A DNA stretch of 63,968 nucleotides, filler included, from Choristocarpus tenellus KU-1152 (lineage: Eukaryota; Protista; Phaeophyceae), in assembly GCA_964200185.2 (NCBI GenBank). It is 12 parts of 12 records of this genome, joined end to end, with 100 filler letters (N's around TTAATTAATTAA, not from the genome) between each part and the next. Parts side by side here need not be neighbours in the genome. Positions count along the whole stretch, not along the records: positions 1 to 5,413 come from CAXNAD020010865.1; positions 5,514 to 16,686 come from CAXNAD020002466.1; 10 more parts are not named here. One strand, given 5' to 3'. A program made the translations under genes and the position numbers. Under the pieces are notes generated by a model that worked only from the letters and a program-made list of their open reading frames with translations, was not told the DNA's origin and made no database searches. Shown in pieces: positions 1 to 12,900 of the stretch. Numbering within the stretch: position 1 is the first letter of the stretch; each line of letters starts with the position of its first letter.

Positions 1-639
1 GGGGGGGTGTGGGGGGGGGTGGGGGGGGGGGGGGGGAGGGGAGGGTTCTTTTGATGCTGTTTATTTTATCGATTTTTTTTGCTTATTTTGTGTGTATATG
101 TATATATATATATATTTTTTTTTCTTTTGGTCCTGTTTATTTTATCGATTATTTTTGCTTATTTTATGTGTATGTTAGTATCTGTATCTATATATATTTT
201 TTCTCGAGTTGTGTGAGTTTTTTTGTTGATGTACTATTTTTTCTGAGATTTTTTTTTTTGTTTGCTTAATTTATTTCATTTGTTGAATGAGAAAATGATT
301 TTTTTTTTCCGGTTTTTTGTAAGAGTTTTCCCCCTGTTGCATGCTATGCTAGGTATGTACGCACATACATTTTGTGATAAAAATATATATATTCTTGCAT
401 GTTGTCATGGGGGAGGAGGAATATATATATACCGTACTGTACATGAGAGCTTGACGAGGCATGGTAATGCCCTGTAGTCTGTATTGCTTACAAAGAAGGC
501 CTTCCTAGCACAAGAATGAATTGTTTATGAAGTATATGATACATCCCCAAAGTAGAAAGAGATGCCTTCCAATACGACAGCACTTTAAAAAAAATGATCG
601 AACTGCTGGATACTATTTTAATCATATTCCTGGTGTAAC

Positions 640-790
640 GTGTATGTATGTATGTATGTATGTATGTATGTATGTGTGTATGTATGTATGTGTGTATGTA
701 TGTATGTGTGTATGTATGTATGTATGTTTGTATGTATGTATGTATATGTATGTGTGTATTATATGTGTATGTATATACATGTATGTGTAT
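640..790. repeat. (TATG)n/(TG)n microsatellite
   Basis: Directly visible. It explains the MYVC-repeat pseudo-ORFs. Confidence 0.95.
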
Positions 791-906
791 ATTGCTGTGT
801 ACTATGACCAGATATAACTTGAAATGCATTAAAAAAATGTATTACTGATGTTTTCCGCATTAAAAAAAATGAGAAGAGTTTAAAATTTGAACATAAAAGT
901 GAATAA

Positions 907-948
<42 letters not shown>

Positions 949-1245
949 TTTTTGTTGTTTCGTTGCGATCGCCGACACTGATGTTCTCATTTGTCTCGTT
1001 TACACTCTTTTTTTTATTGTTTTAGTATTGCCAGTAAGTAACTGCTACTGCAAATGGGCAATTCATTCCGTACAATTGTAGTTTTTCTTTTTTTTAATAA
1101 AAAAAGTTCTATTTAAAGAAAAAATGTTGTGTAGCGTTTTGAGAAAAAATGGTAACTACTGTAGACTACAGTTTTTTTTTTTGTACTGAAGTTAGTGATT
1201 TGATGGAGTTGACCCAGTGAATGCCTTGGTCATCTGCAGGAAATG

Positions 1246-1380
1246 TTAGGGTTAGGGTTTGGGTTGGAGTTAGAGTTAGGGTTAGGTTAGGGGTGTGTTT
1301 ATGTATGACAGAAGTGTTCATGTGGGATAGGGTTAGGGTTCGTGTGACAAGGTGCATATTCAGTAGTGGTAAGGGTTAGG
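1246..1380 (+). repeat. Interstitial degenerate telomere-like (TTAGGG)n tract
   Basis: gttagggttagggtttgggttggagttagagttagggttagg. Similar tracts at 2455-2476, 4159-4180 and 4262-4282 (CCCTAA) and at 4507-4560. Confidence 0.85.
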
Positions 1381-1431
1381 GAGGAATGAACAGAAAACAC
1401 CCTCATACGCATATAATTATAGCATGTAATA

Positions 1432-1995
1432 TATACTGTGTATCTGTGCTATTTAGTTAAACATCAATACTGTATATCTGTACTATTTTATGAACGTTCT
1501 ATAATGTATATCTGTACTATTTAATTAACATTCTATAATGTATATCTGTACTATTTAATTAACATTTAATACAATATATCTTTAGTATTTAATCAACATC
1601 AATACTGTATATCTGTACTATTTAATTAATCAACATCAATACTGTATATCTGTACTATTTAATTAATCAACATCAAATCTGTATATCTGTACTATTTAAT
1701 TAATCAACATCAAATCTGTACATCTGTACTATTTAATTGATCAACATCAATACTGTATATCTGTACTATTTACTTCATCAACATCAATACTGTATATCTG
1801 TACTATTTAATTAACATTCTATAATGTATATCTGTACTATTTGATCAACATCAATACTGTATATCTGTACCATTTAATTAACACTCAATACAATATATCT
1901 ATACTATTTCATCAACACGAATACTGTATATCTGTACTATTTAATTAACATCAATGCTATATATCTATTCTATTTTATCAACACAAATACTGTAC
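1432..1995. repeat. AT-rich minisatellite, ~33-39 bp unit
   Basis: Roughly 15 copies of ATACTGTATATCTGTACTATTTAATTAA(TCAA)CATCA. Confidence 0.95.
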
Positions 1996-4069
1996 TGTGG
2001 TACAATGTTGATGGCAGGGCAAGGAAAAGCCTTCCAAGTGTTTGGTATTAGAAGTGTCGTGGAGCAAGAGATTCAATGCATGTGTTGCATTTATGTATCA
2101 GCTCAAAACGATCTGGGTCATCTCAGGGGAATGGAAGTGTCTGAGCCGTGGTTGGTAGGTGACACACTGGGAGGTTTGGAGAAGTTTGATGAAAGCACAG
2201 ATGGTACAGCACTAGTTTTTTTAAATTAGCGATGGGGTGAAATTAAAAAAAAAAAATTGTTACTATTTTTTCTTTTTACATATAGTGAACGAATGGGCTG
2301 GATTGAATGGTTTCACAGGTGATGGCTCTTGGACTAGACAGCCGGGGCTGCTATTGGTACTGTGTTTCTATTTGTTGAATGTTACTTTGTTTTGAGTGTG
2401 ACTGACAAGGATTGGCGAGAAGACATGTAAAAAGGAACTAATCATAATTCTAATACCCAACCCTAACCCTAACCCTATTTCGAGACAGTTACTGTTTACA
2501 CTTTGGAAGTTCTGCTATGAGACCAAAAGACAAGGAATTCGTTATCCGCAGAACTCTGTTTTATTACAAGTTGTCGACAAGCAAGCACCTTCTCCCCATA
2601 CGGTTTTGTTAACCCCTCATCCCCCCCCCCCCCCCCCCCCCCCCAGCCGGTTACTCCTACTACTCCTGTGTGCTCCTTCCTGACTGTAATAACATAACTA
2701 TTATAATATATTTATTTTACTTATTTGACTCCGACTTCATTTCATTGTTTAGGAAAAAAGAATGAACACGACTGAGGTCAAGGGTGGGGGGGGTATTGTT
2801 TTTTACTTGCTGCTTTTTTTGCTCTTTTATTTAACTCTTGTTTTTTACTCTTTTTTTGCTCTTTTTTTTTGCTCTTTTCCTACTCTTCTTTTGCACTTTT
2901 TTTTTTGCTCTTTCTTGCTTGCTCTTTCTTGCTCTTTTTTTCATTGTTGTTGTTTTTGTCAGGTATCATTTTGCTGCTTCTGAGGGGGTTTTCTTCCAGA
3001 GACCACCGTACAGGAATGGTGACCGACCTCAGGCAGGGAAAAAAGTCGTCCATACTACAAGGTCATACACTCTGTTTAATTTTTTTTATTTTTTATCATT
3101 TGTTTCGATAAGTGACTCTTCAGCGAAAAACGAGTGACTTGGTGCTCTCGTAATTATGTATTATAGAACGTGTTTTATGTATGTTTTTTTTGTTTTTGTG
3201 GAGGTAAAATATTGATCTCGTCCATTTTTTTTTTTTAAATGTTGGACTCCGATAATAATTACAAAAAATATTTTGTGTTTTTGCATATTATCTGTATGTT
3301 ATTTAAAAAAAAAATGAAACTGTCGTAGTTGTAACAAATATTTTTTATTTTGGTAGAGATGATCTGTTGGTGTTTTTTATTTGTCCATTCATCCTTTGGA
3401 AGTATGTATTGCTGCTTCTGCCGTAGAGCATGTTTTTTGTTATGGGGGGCCTATTTTTTTTTTTTTACATTAATTTTCGTTTTTTGTCTCCTTGCAGTTT
3501 TGAGATTTTTTTTTCGGAGAGAGGAGGTCTGGGGGATGTGCTTTCGGATTAGTTATTGCTATAAAGATAAAAAATATTATTATTATTGTTATTGGTGTTA
3601 TTGGTGTTATTAATATTATCATTTAAATTATTACTGTAATCACTAAAACTGCAATTACTGTAACGTTGTTAATATTACTGTAATTATTATTGTTAATTCT
3701 TCCTTATTATTAATATTATTATTTGAATTATTGGCGTGATCACTATTACTGCAATTACTGTAATGTTGTTACTATTATTATTAATAATATTATTTTTGTT
3801 TTTTTGTCCCTATTTATTATTACTGTTATTGGTAGGAGAGGCGAGTCTCCACGGTACATCCTTTTTTTAATTTTTCTTAGGAAGAGATGGAATCATCCCC
3901 CTCTTTTGGTTCCTTTTGAGTGTGTTCTTTTTTTTCTATTTGAGTGTATTCTTTTGATTCCTTTTGAGTGTCTTCTTTTGATTCAACAGGAGTGTAGTGT
4001 CCTTGACATACACCTTACGACCTACATTCACACAGGTGTATCATCACCTCAAAATACAATGCACTACAC

Positions 4070-4370
4070 CAAAATCATAACAATATATATATATATATAT
4101 AAATGTGTGTGTGTCTATGTATATCCCCAACCAGTTACATATTTTTAGTACCAGAATACTAACCCTAACCCTAACCCTAAAACCATAACAATATATATAC
4201 AAATGTGTGTGTGTGTCTATGCATATCCCCAACCAGTTATGTGTTTTTAGTACCAGAATACTAACCCTAACCCTACCCCTAAAACCATGAACAAGATATA
4301 TATATATATATATGTATAAATGTGTGTATGTATGTATATCCCCAACCAGTTAGGTATTTTTAGTACCAGC
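4070..4370. repeat. 3x ~100-120 bp tandem repeat containing CCCTAA and (TA)/(TG) runs
   Basis: The core atatccccaaccagtta..tttttagtaccag is repeated three times. Confidence 0.85.
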
Positions 4371-4937
4371 ATATTTTGGTACCTTTACCCTTCAATACAT
4401 GTGCTTATTATATTATGTTTATTGTACCATATTTATTGCCATATTTCTGGTTCAGTGTTTGCATCACCTTTGGTGGTGTTTCTATGTGTATGACGCCCCG
4501 CTGTCGGGGTTAGGGGTTTAGGGTTACAAGGGGATACGGGTTAGGGTTAGGGTTAGGGTGAGGTCGTTTTTGTCAGATTGCCCAATCTCTTTTCGACAGT
4601 GTTGAGGGACTTGTTCCTGCCTCTGCGCCTGTAAAGGCCAACAAGGTCGATTGCTCAGGGTGAGAAGTGTACGACGGAGGCGTTTGTGGATGAAGTAAGC
4701 TCGGAAAGTGGTATTACTAGTAGTATGCTGAGTATTGGTGGGATATATATACATCTCTCTCTCTCTCTCTCTCTAAATATATATGTATTGTCTGAATTTC
4801 CTGTCTGTGTGTGTGCATTGGGGAACTGTACTGAGGCATCAGTAATGCCATGGTAATATTGGGAAAACTTGTTGTAGACTGTAGAGGAGGATCCTATGCA
4901 GCAGCAGGTGGAGGTAGAAGTGTGTCGACAGCTCTTC

Positions 4938-5044
4938 ATCTGTGTCTGCGTCTGTGTCTGCATCTGCGTCTGCGTCTGCATCTGCGTCTGCGTCTGCGTC
5001 TGCATCTGCGTCTGTGTCTGTGTCTGCGTCTGCGTCTGCATCTG
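4938..5044. repeat. (TCTGYR)n hexamer microsatellite
   Basis: Run of tctgcg/tctgca/tctgtg units. Confidence 0.95.
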
Positions 5045-5413
5045 ATCTTTTTTTTTTTTTAATAGGCTTGTGCTATTTTTTATTTGTTTTTTGCTCTGGT
5101 GCTCTGCGGTAGACGTCGTGGAAGTGGTACTGGTGTTGTTTGTAGCATCTTTCCTGCTCTCTTTTTGAAGTGTAATATTGATGCTATTGTTACTGACATT
5201 AATTTGTTGTTTTTATTATTGTTTTTTTTCTTATTGTTATTGTTGTTATTATTATTATTAAGTTTATTATTATTATGCAATGTAGTTTTCTTGTTGATTT
5301 TGTGCATGCTGAGTACTACTCGGTATATTTTTATTTAATACTGGTTATGTTATTATTTAACACTTTGTTATGTATTTTTTTGAAAAAAAAAATAGTTCTC
5401 TCCCTTACCTCCC

Positions 5414-5513
5414 NNNNNNNNNNNNNNNNNNNNNNNNNNNNNNNNNNNNNNNNNNNNTTAATTAATTAANNNNNNNNNNNNNNNNNNNNNNNNNNNNNNN
5501 NNNNNNNNNNNNN
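5414..5513. other. Artificial contig linker (N44-TTAATTAATTAA-N44), first of 11
   Basis: The same 100-nt linker with six-frame stops occurs at 5414, 16687, 19780, 24144, 31104, 38723, 41544, 45594, 48331, 55905 and 61355. Sequences on either side are not contiguous. Confidence 0.98.
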
Positions 5514-6978
5514 TCTTATCTTCACTACTAACAAATAGCATTACCTCCCAAGGTAATTTGCACAGAACTCTCCACCTTCGTCAATTTTGAACTGATGAAG
5601 ACACCGGTAGCTGTTAGCGTATCCACGCCTATACCTTGCGCAACACCCAACCCATCAATTGATGAAGAACAAGATAACCTATCACCTAGCCCTGCAGTAT
5701 TTACGGGAAGCAGGACTCTACCAAGGGGAAGGCATACATTGACACCCTTGGTACACGACTCTGAAGGCGATGGGGGCTGACCCGTTTCCAACGCTTTGTC
5801 AGGTCCACAGGAACTTGTAGAGGAAGATGTGGGTGGGCGCTCAGACACGGTCGCAGAGTCCACGCCTTGGAGGAGTGGCCCCGGAACGTCCCCAAACACC
5901 CATCTGGTGGTAACCCCGAGGGACAAGCCTTCCCAGAAGGGCAAAGGAAAGGGGAAAATGATACTTAGGAAGAAAAGGGTGATAGAATCTTAAGACTCCC
6001 AAGACAATGGGGAACAACTTTTTCCAACGCTTTCTCGGCTCCAGAGGAACTTGTAGAGGAGGACGTGAGTGGGCGTAATATAGAAGGGGACTCAGAGTCC
6101 ACGCCTTGGGGAAGTGACCCCGGAATGTCACCAAACGCCCATTTGGTGGGCAGCGGCCGTGACAAGTCCCAAGTGCCAGGGATTTTCTACGACCATACTG
6201 TGAGGCGAAGTGAGTACCGCGCCCATGACCATCCCACCCCAACCCCAACGGACAAGCCTTCCAAGAAGGGCAAAGGGAAGGGGAAAGCATTCTAGTTAGG
6301 AAGAAGAGGGTGAGAGAAGGTGCTGAACGGATGAGACCATTCAAACAGCCTCGTGGTACTGATGTGAGCGCTTTGGAACCTGCCTTCTTCACAGACGTTT
6401 TTGCTCCCGCCAAAATGGGCAGATACGCGATAAATACGTCATCTACATCGACGTACGACAATGATGACAAAAGGTCTTCTCATGGTGATGAGGATTGCGT
6501 CACACAGGACGCGGCTGACTCCGGCGATGCATCCGATGTGGGGATAACTGAAGCCTTCATGGAGGCGTGCGTTACCAAGCTCCTGTAATCATCAACAACC
6601 CCTGCTTCTGCGCAATATCGAGTGCGGACTCAAATACTTAACCAGGTCATATATGACCACGGGTTCAGGCTCATCAAGGCCGGTAAAGGGGCGGATTCTC
6701 TTGTCTTCGGGGACGAATGCTACATCCACGAGCCCACACGGGTTCAACTCGGCCATCGTGGTGGGAAGCCAGGCAACACATTGCGTCCCAAGCATGTGGA
6801 AGCACTCCAGGCGAGGAAGGCTATCTTCTTGAGCCTTGTGAGGCCCAAACCTTGGAACGCCAGATACTCCACATGCCTAAATGTATGGCACCTTCCTGTC
6901 GAGGCATACCCTAAGCTCATGGAGTGGTGGGAGAAGGGTGACGAATGCAATTTCGAGTCCACCCACCAATTGAAATAG
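5514..6978 (+). pseudogene. Decayed gene of unknown family, 3' part: low-complexity region with an internal ~235-bp duplication, then a conserved C-terminal domain
   Basis: ORF pieces 5595-5993, 6065-6588 and 6622-6978 are broken by stops or frameshifts. The C-terminal part (GIT..F...C...LL; L.QVI..HGF; CY.H; RKA.FL; WH...E..P.L..WW) aligns with ORF 9957-10589 (-). Confidence 0.7.
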
Positions 6979-7060
6979 GGATTCAGACGTTTCAGTTTTT
7001 TGTTGAAGTACAGGTAGAGTTACAGGTACACTGATTTTTGCATCAGTGTACCGTGCCTTG

Positions 7061-7135
7061 GAGCCAAAGTATCTGAGAGGGTATGTCCCCGTCCAAATGG
7101 GTTCCAGAATTCGATGTAACGATTTCTAATGTTAT
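7061..7135 (+). mobile_element. Partial copy of the ~260-bp MITE
   Basis: gagccaaagtatctgagagggta...gtccaaatggg matches the 5' part of the MITE. Confidence 0.75.
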
Positions 7136-9500
7136 TGTGGAAAGCTTGATTGTTCTGGAGTGAGGATACCCCTCGGTTTACTGGCGCACCTTTCAGATTT
7201 TCTTCTTTTTGGTTTTGTCATTGTATGAGTTGTTGAGAATGGCAGGTGTGTCTATTTTTTGAGGTTTTGATCATGAGATGACGATATGGCTGTTAGATGA
7301 AAATGCGTTTATGGCTTGGAATTGGTGGCAGTTTGACCGAGTTTCGATCGTAGTAGAACAATTTTTGCCAAACAGGATAATGTTGAGAGCATTAACGCAG
7401 CAAGTGTGTGCGGTTCACTGCGAGGACAACTAAGCAAAGAGCGAGCAGAGTCCTTTGTGGTGCATAGAAAATTGGATTACGAGATATTGCCAGGAGTAAT
7501 GATCATATCCCTTTTTTGTTTAGGATAGAATTGCCATTCCTGTTTGATGGCGATGTTTATGCAATCCGTTGTTAGTATTTGTATTATTGTGACCTATAAT
7601 GTGCAATGAGATGACAAATGCCTTGAGAAGATGCGAAGAGATGGGAGGGGGATTCCTGTGTAAGAAAATGAAGTAAACATGCTTGTTGCGCTCTGGTGGG
7701 GTGTGGTGTCACAATGAACCGGTTCTCCCCTTGAGATTTTATCGTCATTTCTAAGTTAAATTGGGATGGAACAAGTGAGGTGTTGCATGTTTAAAATAGA
7801 GAAACACAGTAAGAAGGAGACGCAAGGAATAAGGGGATGGCCCTAACATTGAACAGGAGTCGTTTGTCCTGGCCTTATTGTACTAAGCAAATATAACGAA
7901 GGAGATGTCGGTAAATAAAACGAGAATCGGGCAAATATAAATGGAGTATGACAAAATTGCATTACCATACGAATTTTTCTGGTCTGTTTGTGAGGGTAGG
8001 GTCAATTGATTTGTCGGATGGCAGCAGGTGATGCACAAACACCATGATAAAATGTGCGCGGAGGTGGGGGGTTGAACGTGAGTGGATGGCAGTCCTTGAC
8101 TCTGATCCTATCGAGTGTAGTGCGTGAGAAAATATGGATGTATAATAAATATGTTAGTACATTTATCACCACATAGTGGTTAAAAAAGCACTTAGCCTGA
8201 AGGAAATGGAGGTGTATATATGATGACCCTTGAAGCATTTGTCACAGTGCACCACTTTTGAAATATTTTTACATGAGATTGGAGACACTTTCACCCTAGT
8301 GGTGGTCACATAAACGGACATCTGCATATGTTGTGGATGTGTGAAAATCTTTCACACGTGGAGTACAGACTCAATACAGGATAAACGTGTGTGGAAGTGG
8401 GAGATTGAAATTAAAATGAGATGCACTCCTGTGAACTAATGTTATCGAATGAAGTGCATTGAAAAAAACACATGCTCAGTGGTATATGTTAAGGAATGTT
8501 TGATTAGATAGTGCAGCGTAAAGCTCTTGGACTTTGAAAAAACGAGGTGTACCTAAGTTCATCTTTGAAACATTTATCGCAATCCAACACTCTCAAACAC
8601 GGTTTGTTACTGATGGTGAAAATATTACCTATGGAGACACCACACACATGGAGATCTGCATATGTAGGGGACAAAGCAAAACTTTTGACATTTGCACAGA
8701 CCCGATAAGCACTGAATGCTTCATCGGAAATTGTCTAACTCCAACGTAAATAGGCGAGAACAGGTCGGGAGGCGTTCAACATCTGAGAAAGCACTTGTCC
8801 TGAGCAAGAGAGGCTGAACTCTTGTACAAGGCACACGCAGGACATCGTCTAAAAATAATCATTTTCCACTCTTCACCTCAAAATAATGTAAGGTTACACG
8901 CATTACATTACCAGTCGTGGACCGTGTGAACGTGGAATAGATGTCGGGTGTTGAAGATTACAGTTCTCTTTAACGAACGCCCAATGGTAAAACTGTAAAC
9001 CACAACACACATCACTGACTGAACACCCAGCAAAATCATTCGATACCACGTATTTAACACAACTACTCAATTAACCAAGAGGGGCTGTTGCATTACCCAA
9101 CATAAAGTAATGCTACACTCCTGAAAATAGAAAGATCTGCACTGCCTATCGCCAAATTGTGTAAGGTCCACCTTACATTGCGAGTCACGTAAGACATGAG
9201 TATGGAATGTATATCTTGTGTGTGAGGATTGCAATTTATTTTTGGGTCGGACAGCATCGACAACACATCGATCTGTCTCAACACACAGCAACAGCATTGT
9301 ACACACACTCGAAATGCATCTAATTTGTCGACCAAGAGGTGTTGAACTGACACTGTAGTCCAAGGGAAGCATTATGCCTCCGCGAAGATAACATTGTCTA
9401 TCTCAAGATCTGAAAAACGATGAAGTCCACATTGGCAGTCACTCCTTACGAGCATAGACCAATCTTGAGACCAAAGGTTGCAATACCCTCTAAGGTAATT

Positions 9501-9759
9501 GAGTCAAAGTATCTTAGAGGGTAGGGCCGCGTCCATTCGGGGGTCGAAATCCAATGTTGCGATTTCCATGTAATTTTATCCGTCATATTTGTTAGGAAGT
9601 GTCAGTATCCTTGTTCCGAACACACCATTTCATAACATACACATATTACCTACTCCGAAACATTTCGGAGTAGGAAAAATATCACAAAAGCCCCATAGGA
9701 AGCCAAGCCCCAAATGGACAAACAGGGCAAAACTCGTACCCTCTAAGATACTTTCACTC
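9501..9759 (+). mobile_element. ~260-bp MITE (Sola2-like non-autonomous DNA transposon)
   Basis: TIRs GAGTCAAAGTATCTTAGAGGGTA / TACCCTCTAAGATACTTTCACTC and an internal palindrome CCTACTCCGAAAcaTTTCGGAGTAGG. TSD imperfect. Confidence 0.9.
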
Positions 9760-9956
9760 TAATAGGCGATAGCAAATCACAGTGGCTCCTAACCCAACAG
9801 CAATATTACCAACACATTTGGAAGGCATGGACTCGGTCCAAAGTACTGACAAAATAATCCCTCGAGTGTACTTGTTCGATACAGATTTACAAAGACTGGT
9901 TTACGCTCTTACATTAATCAATCATTGAAATAATCCACAACGGTCGATTCTCTGCT

Positions 9957-12900
9957 CTAGTTCTTACTTTGGATTTCCCTCTCCATCATCTCCTTGAAAC
10001 TTAGGAAACGGTATCCATCTTCCATCTTCCACCAACCCCTTAGCCTGGGGAACGTTTCTGTCATAATGTGCCACAAGCTATGAGGCGAGGAATGTCGGTC
10101 GCTCCACTCCTCTGCTTCCACACCGCAAAGGAACATGGCCTTTCTCTTGACGAGGATATTTATATCATCCATTTGCAACGTGCGTCTTGTGATCTCGCCC
10201 CGATCATGGCACCCCTTGAGGATGGCGCGGTGGACATAACAATAATAGTCAAGAACGATTGGTTTGGCCTTAACCCCTGTCTTCGCCGTAACGAATCCGT
10301 GACAGTGAATCACCTGTTTAAGAACATTGGATGTTACTGTCGGGTTTCGATTTTTGAGAATGTCGCTCCTGATGCACTCCTTCTCAAAAAAAATTCTCAA
10401 CAGAGCATCGGCGCAATCTTGAAGAAATTCTATAGTAATCCCATAGTCGATCGTACCATCGGATGTGACAGATTCCCCCTCGTTTTCCTCAAATGTATCA
10501 TTCCCTCGCGTACTGCCCGCACTTCCTCCGGTAAACAGGGAGTAGAGAGATAATCCGTCTTCTTCCACAACAGAAGGCACCATCATCACTCATCACTTCT
10601 CCTCTCCCATCATGGTCATTGCGCCTTGATGGCCCCTGCTTCAGCCTTTTCCCTGTAGGTCCTTTGGCGCTCCTCTTTGAGATTCGTTTTTTCTCAGACC
10701 CTCCCCCCCCTCCCCCGAAGAGAGTCACGTTTAGTTTCCATCGAAGTGGATCAACGCCCACAATTTGAGCGCACACTTCTTTCCTCCTCCACGGCTAACT
10801 TTCTCTTGGGGTCGCGATTCGATCCGGCGTGCATGTCTCTTACAACCTTAACCCTCCCCAGGTCTTCAGATGCACTATTTTGCCCATCCAAGCTGTCGGT
10901 GTCCACCACTGAAGATGATTTCTCCACCGAGCAGGAAATTTTGCTTGGCACAGAACCGCTCGATATTGGGTTTTTGAGACGACCTCTTCTGGTGTAGGAG
11001 TCGTCCGTTTCGTCGACATCGCTGTCCGACCCGGGGTTTGCGGCGATGCCCCCAAAGAGGTCATCATAGTTATTTACAATTGTACCGTCCGAGAGGATGG
11101 TAGAAGCGGACCCGGACCTCTTATCATGAGTTCTTGAAGGCTGAAGGCTACTATCCTTTCCCTTCCCTTTGGAAGGGATAAAACACGTCCTGCCCCAACT
11201 TCTGCAACTATCTCTCCTCCCTCTCGTGATCCATCAATGCTGATGGGGTGTTCCTTTGTCGATTTCGACAGGCGTCGAAAATTTTCGATGCTTGAGGCAA
11301 CCGTCAGGGCTCAGTTGACATCCTCAGGGTGCTGGTTGGACCCAAGGCTGAACGTCATGCTAAAGTGTCCAACAGAGTCCGAGTACAGTTTCGCTAATCT
11401 TTGTTGGATAATCTGCATGACCTTTTTTTGGATATCCTCTTCCTGGTGAACTGCCTTGGAAATCCCTCCGGTCCCGACAAGAGAAGCGTCACCTCGCCAG
11501 AATCTTGGATAGGCAGGATGTAGAAGTATACAAAACATCAAGAAAATGTCATTGGATGAAACATTGGAAGGGTTATATAGCGTTAAGGAATGTGGTGAGC
11601 TTGTGAATATTGCTCGTTATGTTTGATGTAAGTGCCTACCAACTTGAGCCAGACAGAGTGTCACAATGCAAACGAAAGCGTCAAAATAATCAACCTCTTA
11701 GACTTACGGAATAACACCACACCAATGTAAAAGGATAGGATCAGAGTTGAGGTGTGCGGCAACTTTCTTCAGCGCCTGCAGTTTGAATTGTGCTGGGCTT
11801 AGTGTCTACGTGAACACAGCACCAAGCACACGACACACCTTTGCAAAGCCATGTACATAAGACCTGCTTAAAATAACATATGCCTTTATCCTGTTCTGGT
11901 GAATGTTCAGACAAAGCCGTGGAACACTGGTTCCAAGGTATATGAGTTGCCCTAAACGGTGCCCCCTTAAAAAACTTTAAATGAATATAAACTGGATAGT
12001 TACAAAAAGGAAGGAACGGGGCAAGGGTTGTCCTTAAGTCAATTTCTGATGCAAGAAAAACACGCAAGAGTTGACGAACACACTACGGTTATCTCAATAT
12101 TATATGGTCACCTGTCCCGCCAGTGTCGTCTTGGCGGAAGACTACACCCTTGGAGTTTTTGACGATCTTCAGGAAGCGATCGCCGTTCTCCACTCCTCAT
12201 AGTATGAGACGTGACTTGAACTGTCTCGTTTCAGTATTTATGAAAAAGGATCACAACATGGGATCGGCACGTCCGGAAATATCAGGTATGGTACGGTGAA
12301 CAATGAAAGAGGTTAACCTCAATGAAAAGGACAGATGGTGGTCATAATGATTTTGAACCCCACCGCTCGTGCAAAGAGTCGTACCTCCGAAGGAAGGAGA
12401 TATTTGGCCTTCTCCTTCTTTTTGTTAGTTTTATTGTGAGCTTCGATCTCCTCGTCTTGGTCCTCCTCCTCCAATAGACTTCGCCCTTCTTCCCCGAGCT
12501 TCAGCTCTTCCACAATCTGAAGCACGACATGCTTGACAGCGCCTTTAATGAGCATCTCTTTCAGGTGCATTCTTCTCTTGAAAGCAGTCTCTTTGTCGGG
12601 GGTGTCCAGTAGAGGATCGGCATCTCCTCCCCCGGAGCTCGAGGTCAGGGTCATATTCTTGGAATCTTTTTAGAGTTTTCTGGACTTTTTTTGGTTTCCT
12701 GACACCCCGAAGAGGCTTGGAGAACTGAGTGAGGGGGGAGAATATAGACGCCTCAGCTGGATTCATCATAAAGGCAGGTGGGCATAGGTAAAGTGGACAT
12801 AAAGCAATTAAGGGTGTTGATGACTTTCGTAAGGAAACGCAGTGTTCGGGGCGATTTCCAAATGGGAACCTTTGTTTTTGCACTCCCAACCGGTGGTACA

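Noticed and set aside
5458-5469. TTAATTAATTAA palindrome recurring every few kb
   Set aside because: It is the artificial linker inside N runs. Adjacency of features across linkers has no biological meaning.
9-5469. Many ORFs in contig 1 (poly-F/L/I, MYVC, QT repeats)
   Set aside because: They are translations of microsatellites and homopolymer runs.
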